Positions 25,509 through 38,254 of a stretch of DNA of 64,000 nt are shown one piece after another. This stretch comes from Schmidtea nova (taxonomy: Eukaryota). The stretch spans positions 193,998,001 to 194,062,000 of the forward strand of contig CM097882.1 in NCBI GenBank assembly GCA_044892505.1. Direction: 5' to 3'. Position 1 is the first letter of the stretch, and every line of letters starts with the position of its first letter. The translations under genes and the position numbers were made by a program. The notes beneath the pieces were generated by a model. The model saw nothing but the letters and a program-made list of their open reading frames with translations. It had not been told where the DNA came from and did not search any database.

Positions 25509-26436
25509 TTACAGAAGACTGGATCAATGACAAGACTATTAGGCAAAGAAGAGGATGACGTAGACTTCATACACATGTCAAGGGTATTACTGGGAAAAGA
25601 GAATGGAGAAAATCTGAACAAGAAGAAATTCCCTTTTAATTTGCTGAAGAACACAAAATACGAAAACGGATTATTACTGCTTGAGAAAGACGGAAAGGAT
25701 GTAATATTAGTACCATTTGACTACACTAATACATTAGTCAAAGATATAGATAGAGAAATGTGTCATATTGGAGTGCAAGGAAACAATTCAAAGCTGTTTA
25801 AGATCATGTGAAATATGTTGTAAACGGAAGATAGTACAAGAGAAAACAAAGAAACGACTGATACCGATAATGAGTTCAGATATCTTAGAACAACTGGTTG
25901 TAGATTTAACCCACATGAAACCTCAAGGAAGTTACAGATATTTATTAGTTATTATTGACCATTAAAGCAAGATAGTTAGTCTAACTGCACTGGAATGACA
26001 AGATGAGAAATCGTTGTTCAAAGCCATATTAGAGATGTGGATATATAGATTCCGTAAACCACGAAGTATTTTATCAGACAAAGGTAAGAATTTTGACAGC
26101 ATGTTCGTGAAGACACATCTAGGAAAGTTAGGCATCGAACAACACCTGAGCTCACCATACCAACACCAATCGAATGGGCTGGTGGAAAGGACTATACGAA
26201 CAGTCAGAGACTTATTAACAACTTCTATATTCAGTGGATTAGGGGAGAGAAATTGGGTAGATTTACTCCCACGTAAAGAATTTTGTATCAATGCAACACA
26301 GAGTACAACAGGATTCTCACCATTCGAAAATGTTTTCGGGAGGAAAATTAATCTACATTCAACACTACCACGGACAAATTTGAGAGCTAACCGAAATACG
26401 CAAGCAGGTTCAAGCAGGTTCTCCTTGATGAACTGA
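25509..26436 (+). pseudogene. gypsy integrase (frameshifted)
   Basis: MCHIG / CEICC zinc-binding remnants, VVDLTHM, ILSDKGKNF, SSPYQHQSNGLVERTIRT, TGFSPFE. Confidence 0.85.
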
Positions 26437-27037
26437 TTAATAGATTTTTCCCCACTTCACCAGCAACTTGCGAATTTCTCTACTATTCTTGGATAATTAA
26501 TTGCCGTTGAAAAATCCATTCTGGCTGGTAATTGTTAAGTTATTTTAAGTAATTTTGTAAAGTTATAAAGTCTAACTTTAACCATTTTAGATACAGGGGA
26601 AATGGGTTATATTAATCGATCGAAACTTTATTAAACGCAGTATTTTTCGGATTTCGGTTGGCTACATCCCATCGTTCGATGTTGTTGGATTACTGATTTT
26701 AGACTTCACATGTCAACACTGGCATTCCGGAACCGTCATTTTGATTTCACACACTCTACGTTCATATCGGCATCGACGTTCTCTTCGTACAGTCTACACC
26801 TGGGGCAGACCTAATGAATAGACCATCACAAGGTTGGTGACCCTATTGGCTGTCCACAACTTCGAAAACTAAGCATCATTAATATTTTTACTCGTACTAA
26901 ACATGTAAGGAAAAACACAGTAAAACAAAACGATAAGTTATGGTTAAAACATATATTATGAATTACTACAAATACTTACAACTGGATTCTGGAATACACG
27001 ATTCTTTGCTACTTGGATGATAGACTCGGTCAGCGGT

Positions 27038-27573
27038 TGTTGGTTATTTTTAACTTTTGATCTTAAGCCTTTAAAACAAGATGAAAATAAACAGTAGTTG
27101 TTAACTGAAAAACGAGATTTTTAATAAACCAAGATTTTTAACTAAAACGAGTGAGATGATTGCGATTACGATTATGATGACTATTATTTTAACTGATTGA
27201 GCGTCCCTTTATTTTGGTGCTCAATCAGCCAATCAAAGCCGATCTAGGCCTTTAATTAGCTAGATTATTTAATTCAATATTTTTTATTTGTTTTCTTTAA
27301 TTTTCTGTTTTCCTTTTATTAATTTAATTATTTTTATAATTAGATCTTTCTTTTTCTAATTTATTGTTTTCTTTTTACTATTTCGTAATTGTTACGGATT
27401 TTATTTTTTTATTCCGTTTAATTGTCTTTTATTCCTTTTTAATTCGCTATAACCACTGTTCAATTTATTTCTCGATCGTTTTTCTTTTATTTACATTATT
27501 TTTTCTTAAATTTCTTATTTTTTCTACTAATTCTTATTTTCCACCGATTTCCGCTTACCGTGCAATACTAACA
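27038..27573. repeat. LTR-like repeat (TGTTGG...CTAACA)
   Basis: Short inverted termini, CCAAT motif, T-rich half. No TSD and no partner LTR seen. Confidence 0.35.
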
Positions 27574-28162
27574 AATTGTTGATAGGAGCTACAGCAACGT
27601 CAGGTCATATTGATAAAAATAACAAATTTAAATTATCTTATTGCGACGCGTTTTTATTTTCAACTCATATAATCAAATAAGAAATTCCAATTCTGTTGTC
27701 CCAACACTTATAAATCAACAAGTAACTTAACACGTGTTGTCTTTATTTTGAGTGAGTTGATGTGTAATTATGTAGTTTAAATTATCTTAGTATGGTTACG
27801 CGTGCATTCTTGACACATTTAAACAATCAGAAACTGTCTCTTGTCGGATTAACATTAGTTACCCAAAATTCAAAAAAATTTTTAAATTAAATTATACTTA
27901 ACAAAATTGATTTTCTGTTTGAAAAAATTACTTACTGATTAATAGAACTTTATATATTTAAATTTGATATAAAATTTATTAAAAATTATTGCTTTACTTT
28001 TCCATACTTTCAAGTCTTGTTTAAATACTCTATTCTTTATCAATTATTTGCTATAAACAATTGATGTGGTATATTTTATGACTTTTTAATTATTTAGATA
28101 TTTCTAATATTTTAAATTTGAAAATAGTTAAAAGAACCTATCGCATCTTAGATATTATCACA

Positions 28163-28756
28163 ATGAATGGTCATTCGAATGCCTCAAATTTTAATCAAAC
28201 ATATGAAACTTCTAATTCATATATAAATTCACATAACCAGGGTGTTTTTTATCCTCATAACTATCACGATAATACCGCTAGCAATGATCAAATCAATGTA
28301 ATTAATTCACCATATTCCGGTGTTCAAAACTATGGATTACCTACCGTACCGAATAATTACCCACCAAACAGCTATGGAACGATTTATAATAATACCAATA
28401 ATCCATCATACAATTTTGAAACACCAGTAAATGTTGCTAGCTCAAATGCTTTTACGAATTCATATCTTCCGAATATTTCCTGCAACACAGCGCCGAATGA
28501 ACAATTTCAAAACTTGCCTAATTTACCACAAACCATAAACAATTCACAATCAGATCATGTTTTAAAAAAACCTTTAAATGAATATCAAAACTATTATCCA
28601 ACAGGATCTCTAAATTCTACACTACCAGACAATTTCAGAACTATGCAAATAAACAGTTCTTTTCAAGAAAAAAGTGTTGACTTAATGCAAAAGAGAAATT
28701 TGTTCACCGATGATTGCAATTCAGATTTTTCTTGTGGTCCAAAAACGAATTTCCCG
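28163..28756 (+). CDS. SEC24: SEC24 exon 1 (N/Y/P/Q-rich N-terminus)
   Basis: ATG at 28163, donor gtaatt at 28757, phase 0 matches the next exon. Low-complexity N-terminus is typical of Sec24A/B. Confidence 0.7.
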
Positions 28757-31613
28757 GTAATTTATAAAAAATCTTTAGCTTAATTTATTTTAAAATATGT
28801 TAGCAAAATTTTTGAATTTTACCACTAACATTAATGATTAAAAGATTGATTTTAGATGTTTTTTACAAATTTAGATAATATTTTTATTTTGCTACATTTT
28901 AAAATGTTTATTATAAATTAACAATATTTTATTTAAATTTTATATTAATAATTATTTAAAAATAATATTTATACACAATTAATCACTTCGAATGAAAATG
29001 GTTGACTCTTTTCTCTCCAATGTTGACTCTAATGAATGATCAATCCAGCACAATTTTTATCTATATTAAATAAGATTAAAATATCAAAATTTATAGATTA
29101 ATTTTTACAAATATACAAAATATGATTTGATTATCAAAACTTGACGAACTTATAGACTTTCGCGGGTGAATTGTTCCAAAAATACTATTTCATTTGCTAG
29201 AAAAAATTAAAATTTTTCAAAAATTAAATTTAAACTGATACAATCCTTGTTATCCATAATAATCTTAGCTCCAATTACAATTTTTTATGTACGACAAAAT
29301 GATTTAACATTTTTAAAGATGTCTTATTGAAAAACCAAAGATATTTATGTTCCATTCGAAATTAATGTAACATAAACCCAAATTTATTCGTGTATCTTTC
29401 TAAAAAAAATTTGATCTAATCTTTAAAAAACTTAAAATTTCTGAAAAAGAAACGAAAAGATTTTGAGCATTGAGATATTTTTTGTGACATTTTGCGGATA
29501 GCTTTCTCATTTCCAATTTCTTATGATCGTATCGTTTAACGTTTTATATAAAATATTCTTTCTGATGAGTTTTAATCTGCTTCTTCTATTATCCACAATC
29601 AAATCGTGGACAGTAGCAATGTTTCCTTTCATTGATTCAGGAAACGGTTTTCAAAGCATCTTCTCGTCCGTAACATTCTTTTTCACCTTTTAAATTAGCA
29701 ACACAGTTTTAATGGTTGAATTGATGTTGATTATGTATCATCAAAACTTTCTTTACTAGACAGTGTTTTAAAAATTATATTTTACTGAAGTTACGATATT
29801 TATTTGAATACTCTAAAAAAGCTCCTAATAAGATGCCTTTAATCACAATTTCAAAATGAAGTATTTATTTTTACTATTAGAAATATTTAAGGACCAGTAT
29901 TTTTCCATACCTTGTATACCCAGTATTGCACAAATACAAAACAAATAACAATTAATAAATTTCGATAACGACAAATTTAAATATTGTAAAGCTAGCTTCT
30001 TTATTTTTACAAAAATGACCCATACGTAATTGTAAATGCGATAACGGAGGTAAATGCTAAACAATTTAATGGAATACGCGAAAAAAATTATATTTGGATT
30101 TATTTAGAAAATTTAAATTTTCTATATTCTCGAAATTTTGGAGAAATCAACATTAAAAATTTTGAGAGAAATAGGAAAATATATTGACAGAAAATTCTCC
30201 AAATCAATCTTTAATTACAATTCCCTAATTCATATATCAAGTTTTGAGAAGCAAACATGTTTTGATTGACGTTTGTTTCAGCAGCTAGGTCCTCTTATTG
30301 CGACAGGATCTCATATCCGTTTAATAAATAGACATTGGAATGGATTCATTTTTATTTTGGATTGATAGTTTTTCCTTACTAATTTTTTTTTATAATTTAC
30401 ATTCAATAATAATTTATTGTACCTTTTCAAAAATGAAGCTTTTTATTTGAAATTTAAACAAAGACATAATTTTGTTGATTACAATTTTTATTCAAATACA
30501 AAGTTCAAGTATTTTTATGTTAAGCAACAAAAATAGCACATTAGAAGATTCCAAAATCTGACGTTGATTATAATAGTGCTTTTGCTTTAATAAAGTTATT
30601 GACTGAGTACAAAGCATTTATTGAATCACTCTGAAAATCACGGTTATTTTCCGCCGTTTCTATTTTTATTCACTATCCAGTGAACCGGGAATTTCTTGAA
30701 ATATTTGCTTTTTATTGCCAAAGTTCACTAACTTAAGTCCAGTCTATCATTTTCCAAACAGAATTTGGTATTTAGTTCTTATATGACTCATCCAATTATA
30801 AGTCGCAGGTTTTTGGGGTTTCAGTATAACCAAATTATATAACTCTTCCTCACATAAGATGCTCCAGGTTGATGGTTTGAATTGTTATAGTTCACTGTAT
30901 TACAGTATTTCTATTTTACTCGTGTTAATGTTATTTAAGCTTATCATGATGCACTAACGACTCGATGTTAAAAATTTAAGACCTGCCAATACAGTCTTCA
31001 ATATCTTCTGGAGTTTGCTTCCTTTCTTAATATATATTTATTCATATAGCCGTATTAAAGAAAAGAATATTTAAATAATACGCAGTGTGGATTTTAAATA
31101 AGCAAAAAAGTGTATAGGTCTTATATGTGCGATAATACTATACGATTTAAAATTATTTCTACCAAATTTAGTATTTTATTATGTTTTAGAAGACCATTTA
31201 TTACAGAATACACATGAGTCATCCAATGTTTTACGAAAACTGAAAGTATTTTGGATTTAATTGAGGCCGAATTTTGTTTTATTTGTTTTATATGGTTTTT
31301 GTCCATGCAAATAACGCATTTCCATTTTCGACCATAACATTTATTTAAGTTCTCAATTTCAAATAAGAAATAATCAATTTATTTCGTTTTCTTGATTGCT
31401 TTATAATGATTTCATTAGAATTCATCATTGAATTTATAACAGTTATTACTTATTTGCCGTGATAGTTTTATTATTATTATTATTAATATTATTATTATCA
31501 TCATCATCATCATCATCATCAATAATTCTCATAATGATGACTATAGATCAAAAAAATTTTTATCAACAATAACACAATATTTCGGCACAGCCTTTATTAA
31601 GTGTGAATTATTA

Positions 31614-31652
<39 letters not shown>

Positions 31653-31889
31653 TTTACATATTGCGTATCTACCTTCAGTACATTTAGAGATCTAACTACG
31701 ATATCATATATTCTTAAGCTAGACTATTAAATATCGAATAAGATAACTCGAAGCAGGTAAGATAACCTACTTTTTGTATTAGATGGGATTAACAAATTGA
31801 TCGGCATAATAACTCAGATCACATCTAATACAAAAAATATGAATATAAAGAAACAGCTAAATTTAAATATTAACACTTAATCGGTTGGC

Positions 31890-31932
<43 letters not shown>

Positions 31933-34900
31933 GTGTCTATTTCATTTTTTGGTTAAATACATATTATCTCCAAGAGACGTCACAAGTTAACTATTAATTT
32001 TAAAGCACAGAATAATCTGGTAATAAACGCATGACATTTATAAATTAAAGAAAATCATTAAATTTCCGCAGTGAATCACAACGTATGCAGGACCAGTAAT
32101 ATGAATAATGATTACTTTAAACATTAGTTAAATCTAATTATTTTTTGTTTTTGTTATTGCTATTATTATTATATTTCAATACTGCAAACTTTAAAAGATA
32201 CACAAATAAATTGTTGATTTTACTTCAATACGATGCAGATGTGATGAAATATTACTTTTTATTTTAAATGTTAATATAAGTAGTTTCATTAATTCATTAA
32301 AAATGCTTAAATTCTATCATCTGAACTTGAAAATGTTAAATATTTATATTATGAAAACCAGAATTTAGTGTATTTAATATCAAGATTTTTAAAAGGGATT
32401 TACATAGTTAGTGATGTCTCATTTTCTATATTTAAGTCATTATTATTATTATTGTTATTGTTATTGTTATTATTTCTTATTTAGATAAACATTGATCCAA
32501 AAATAATGCAGTGTACGCTTAATACTTTACCAGTTGAAGCTAATTTGCTTTCAAAAAGCAGATTACCTCTCGGAGTTCATATCCAACCATTTAAAGACAG
32601 TGATATTATCACCGTTTCTACAAATTCCGTAGTCAGATGCAGACCATGTAGAACTTATATAAATCCTTATGTTACTTTAACTGATAATCAAAGACGCTGG
32701 CATTGTAACGTCTGTGGTAAAGTAAACGATATACCTGATGAGTTTATGTACGATCCAACCACCAAAGTAAATTGAAATTCAATTTTTAGTAAATTACTGT
32801 TTATGATGTTAAATTTTTTTACAATAATGTTACATTTACCACTTTTTAATTCACCGGATGATGTATTAGGTTGGAAGGAAAGTTCTGTCGTATTATAAAT
32901 AGGCGTGGCTGATGAGCTATTTTCTGAATTTTATTTATTAAAAAATTTAATTTTATATAATAAATCAGTTTATTATTTGTTTTATGATATAAAATTAAAT
33001 TTTTAATAGCGTCCGTTAGTTACTTGTGATATTTAAAGTGAAAATGATGTCAGTGGATAAAGTGCAATTACGACATTGTATTTTCTGAGTTCGAAGAAAA
33101 AAACAACGCTACGATTGCAAGTGAAAATATTTGTGTAGTATTTGGACGAGATGTTGTAAATGTTCGTACTTGTCAACGATGGTTTAGAAAATTTTGTTCC
33201 AAAGACTTGAGTCTAGAAGAAGATACTCGATCTGGACTACCATCTAAGATCGATAATGAAGTTTTGCGGTCTATGTTGGATCATAATCCACATCTAACAA
33301 CAAGACTAATTGGGGAATAACTCAGGATTTCTCATACAGTTGCTGGAGATCACATTACAGCAAGCCATTTGGATTCTACACGAAATGACTGAAAAAACTT
33401 GTTTGACCGTATAGGGATATGTTCATCACATCTCATAGAAACAATATGGTGCCGTTTCTGGATAAGCTGATTACTGGAGATTAAAAGTGGGTTCTTTTCG
33501 AAAATATCAAGAAGAGAAAAGTTTACTGCAAACCTGGAACATCATCAGCAACTCTTGCAAAACCAGATATTCATCAAAAGAAAGATCTGCTCTGTTTGTG
33601 GTGGGATAGAAAAAGACCAGCGTATTATGAGTTGTTAAAACAAGGACAAACGATTAATGTGAATGTATACTGCAACCAGCTCGATAAATTAAATGCAGCT
33701 ATCAAGGAAAAAAAGACTTGCATTGGCATCCAGAAATGGAATCTTGTTTCACCATGATAATGGTAGACCACATAATGCAATTTTGACATAAAAAAACTTA
33801 CTGCGTTGGGATGGGAAGTTCTTAGTCAGCCACCACATTCACCTAGCATTGCACCATCTGACTTTTACCTGTTCAGATCTCTGCAAAATTATCTAATGGG
33901 AAAAAAGTTAAATTCTTTCAAAGGTGTTTCTAAAGCAGTGGCTGAGTATTTTCAATCCAAGAACGAGAATTTTTATAGAAGCGGGATCGACTGGCTACCT
34001 GAAAGATGATAACAAGTGGATACAAATAATGGAAATTATATTATTGAAAAAAATTAAATATATATTTTTTAAAATTGATTTAAATGTTTTCTTGAAAATG
34101 CGACAGAACTTTTCTTCCAACCTAATAGTTTTCGTACTTAGATGATGTCACATATATTAGGAGGAGTCTAAAAGTTGAAAAATGTGACAAAGGGAGGAAG
34201 TTTTATCAAATGTGATGTCACATTTTTTTAGTTTTTTTTTTGGAAAATAATCGTTCCGATTTCGGCATTGAAGAATAAAAATTTATACCATTAGAAAATA
34301 TATTAGGGATAATGATGTGACGACAAATGATCAATTTCCTGTCATTATTGTTATTGCGAAGACGAAATTAAAAGTATTTGTCATTGGCATTTCAATTCTC
34401 TTATTTATTGAAAATGTAAGTAAAGTGTGTATTTTTCAGTTCCAAAAAGAATAAAAGAACAATATTATAATTCCTCTTAATTACAGAACGGACAAAAATG
34501 AACGTTTTCAACCATTCATATGAGTACTATTTTTTCATATATAAATGTTAATTTTGCTGGATTCGTACCTGTTAGAAGGGTAATCCCAAATAAATTCTTA
34601 CCAATAAAAATATGATGTCACAAAGGTGTCGGGGTTGTTGAGAAAATGACTTGAAAAAATATTGATTACCAAGATAAAAAACTTTCATAAAAACTTTCGC
34701 ACAAAAAGAAACGCTGTTTAAGACTAATAAAGGTTAATTAAAGTTGGTGGAGGTGTTAAAATTAATATTTATTGCGAAAACATGTTTTAAAAAATTATTA
34801 CATTTAATAATAATAATAATAATAAAAAGTTCGATTTTTAATTAATTTATGAAATAAGTTTTCTCTCCGCTTATAAGGGAATTTCTTTTATAAGGAAGAG

Positions 34901-37900
34901 TAAAATATACAATCATAATTTATTTAGAGTTTTTAAAATTAATCAAAACAACATTACCATAATAATATTACTATTATATAAAGTAAATTAATCATATTAG
35001 ATGGTTTAATATTCACTATTTTGTTGTCTTGCGACATTTTTATTTGAATTTATAACTTCTTTAATATTTTTTTGCTATCGCTTATAAGAGAATTATCATC
35101 CTTCTAATTCAGCTTGATTTATTTAAGTTAGTAAATGCATAAATGGGATGGAAACTAAAAAAAGTATATTGAAGTAGACAACAAAACAGTATGTGTGGAA
35201 ATATTGCTTGTAGATAGTTTAACATTGACTAAAGACGAGAATACAATTATGAAAGACCCTCATAAAAAATTTGAGTTGTTAAAAGCGAAATTGATAAAAC
35301 TGAAAAATGAATTTTATATTGTGTCACCGGAAATAGTTCAGATCTTTATGAAGGTTGAAAATGGATGTAATGAAGAGATAAATAAATGGTTTTATAAGTT
35401 CAACCTGTTTTTATTCCATTTTTTTAAATCGACTATAAAGGAAATCTCTTATAAATGGAAAGATTTTATTTGTCCTTAAGTTCCATTATAAGCAGGAAAC
35501 ACTGTATTAACAAAAATATCAGATATTGATGAGTATATTATTTCTGAAAGTGAGGAAGATAGTGATGAAAGTGATATAGAATTTTTTTCAAAGGATGGGA
35601 CGGAATTGAAAAAGGAAGAAATCTTCACTACTAGACCACGCATAACAAATAGTTAAAGAAAACAAAGGGCCAACATCTTGCGTAAATACATCACTGTTCC
35701 ACTCAAACTGATCGTGAAAAAGTTTTTATAGCCATTTTTGTCTAATTTTTCAATAATTCAAATGTTTTTGTTACATTTGTATCAGTCTTTGTAATCCGAG
35801 TGTTAACAAAACTACTGTAATACTTAATAAAATCTGTCATTAAATACTTTATCTTTATCCGTCCCTTGGCCTAATTGGACCAAAGAAAAATTTTTCTCAT
35901 TGAATTTATGTGGAATATTTTATTTTCTATTTGAACTTATAAAAAAATAAATCACCAAGAAAAACTTATAATACATTGCTTTTTAATAGAAATCCATATT
36001 TGGGTGTATTTTCACTCAAGGACTATACAGTTATTTATTTTAAAGGACGGATGAAGGTTAATAACCTAATAATTTTAGTAAGTTTAACTATGTTCGAATT
36101 AATTGAAAACAAAGAAAAATTCGGAGTCAATTTTCTTTTGAGTGTTTAAAGCAATTAACACGAGATAAAGATTATTTTAAAACAATGAACAGAATATTTT
36201 GATGATTTGAAATACCAACAAAACATTTAATTTAATTTTGTCATATAATTCTCAGTCATAATATCAACTAATATTTATTGAATTCCTTGACCTTTTCAAT
36301 TGAATATTATGTGAATCATATTTAGATGCTATAGTTCACTGTTAACAATTATTTTCACGTACTGTTTCATAATAATGATAATGAATACTATGCAGTATTT
36401 AGTTTTTAAATCGTTCAGGATAAGGTTTTCTCTAATTTACAAATTTTTTTATAAAGATTTATGCATAAATGAAAAATTAATTAATTCGCAGTCATACGGT
36501 AATCCTTCTCAAAGACCGGAACTGAAATATAGTAGCATTGAATATACAGCAAATTCAGAATACACGGTTCGTCCACCAATGTGTACTATGTATGTATTCC
36601 TGTTAGACGTGAGCAAAGCTGCAATCTCTAGTGGTTATTTAAGTCATGCTTGCAAAATTATCATTGAAAACTTAAAAAAAATGCCTGGTGATAGTAGAAC
36701 TCAAATAGCATTTTTTACTTATAGCTCAGTTTTAAATTTTTATCAAATAAGGGGTTAGTGCTAATAATTTTATAAATAACTTTTTCAATATATTATCAGA
36801 TAATTCTTATAAAACTCTCATTTGGACTGATATCGATGAAATAGATTTACCACTATCAGAAGATTTATTGGTAAATCTTCAAGATCGAAAAGATATTATT
36901 CTAGAATTTCTTGAAAACTTACCTTCAAATTTCCTTGCTACGAATGATTCCGGAAATTGTTTGGGATTTGCGATTCAGGTATTGCATTTTTGTTTGATTC
37001 GAGAATTCATGTTTCTTATAATATAGCTTTTTATATATTTCGTTTATTTTCATTCTTTCAGATTATAGATCAAAATTTATTCTATTTAACACAAATTTTC
37101 GACACTGCCTTCAAATAATAACATTTAGAAAAAGGTCACATTGAAAATATTTTTGATCGATTATCTGAAAGAATGATAATAAACGATATCGTAAATAATT
37201 GATCAAATGTGTAGATTAAAGATTTTTTTTATGTAGATTAATTTGGTCCATAAAACTACAAATATCCGAATCGCTCTATGGTTCACCTATTATTCAGTTC
37301 GTTTCTTTAAAAAAATTGTAACTGAGAAATCGTAAATTTTCGTCGCTTTTATTTTTTTCAGACATTAGATTAAAATCTTTTCTATTGAAATTAAAAATTG
37401 GCTATGAAAATGAAAATGATTCAAACTTAAAAACAACTAAATCTAATAGTTTATAAAATAGTCTCACGGTAAAGTAACATTTTGTATTTGAAGCAATACG
37501 ATTACTTAAAATTGATTCATTGAATTGAAATTTACAGACAAAAAACGTTTTTCAGTATGGGTTTTTGGTTTTTTAGGGTTTTTCAGCCAGGATTATGTCA
37601 TTGATATCCTAAAACATAATCAACATGAGCGCCTTTTGGTGACTTGTTGATGACTTTATCTTCTTAGAACATACCTCTTCAGACAGTTTTCACTCTTCAG
37701 ATTCCCGCTATACTATAGACGTCGATTTAGCGTGTTAGCAGTCAAAAAACTTTGCACGAAGCGAGAGCATAATTTTCTTATGCCACTTTCACTGAGTAAA
37801 ATAAATAAATAATGCCTTTACTTACATTCAAACGAATTGTTAGCTCTCTGCTTGTAATTTTCCTCTCAGCCTTAACAATTATTTCCAGGTCTTCCGTTAT

Positions 37901-38183
37901 TTCTTCTTTGATTTCACAAAGCCTTCCTGGCTTTTCCTTATCCTAAACTGAGGTTCTATCCCTATGGAAGTAATTGTACCTACGGTAAATTGTTGCTTTT
38001 GATAGGCACTCACCACCATAAACAGCAATCAGCTCTGTATTGGCTTTTTCTCTACTCTTGCCTTTCATAATGAGAAAATGATATTGCGATATTTCACGCT
38101 TTCTATGGACATTTTAAAATAAGTACTAAAATTTCTTAACTAAGTAATAACAAATGTCATTATATATTACCTATATACACGAC

Positions 38184-38254
<71 letters not shown>

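Larger units (their letters stand above)
18418..26436 (+). mobile_element. Decayed Ty3/gypsy LTR retrotransposon (gag-PR-RT-RH-IN) with two nested insertions; paired LTRs not found
   Basis: Domain order PR (LWDSGAS), RT (SPLV..DYRGLN..TAF..FGLATAPATFQR..YLDDILI), RH (DTDAN..YGS..KELLAI..TDHKAL..HGNAD), IN (DLTHM..SDKG..YQHQSNGLVERTIRT). Many stops and frameshifts. Confidence 0.92.

Noticed and set aside
28118-28162. 5' extension of SEC24 exon 1 given by the ORF track
   Set aside because: Starts at TTG; the first ATG at 28163 is the plausible eukaryotic start.
35480-35760. DSDESDIEFFSKDGTE segment resembling a piggyBac N-terminus
   Set aside because: Short, with no TIRs or catalytic motifs found.
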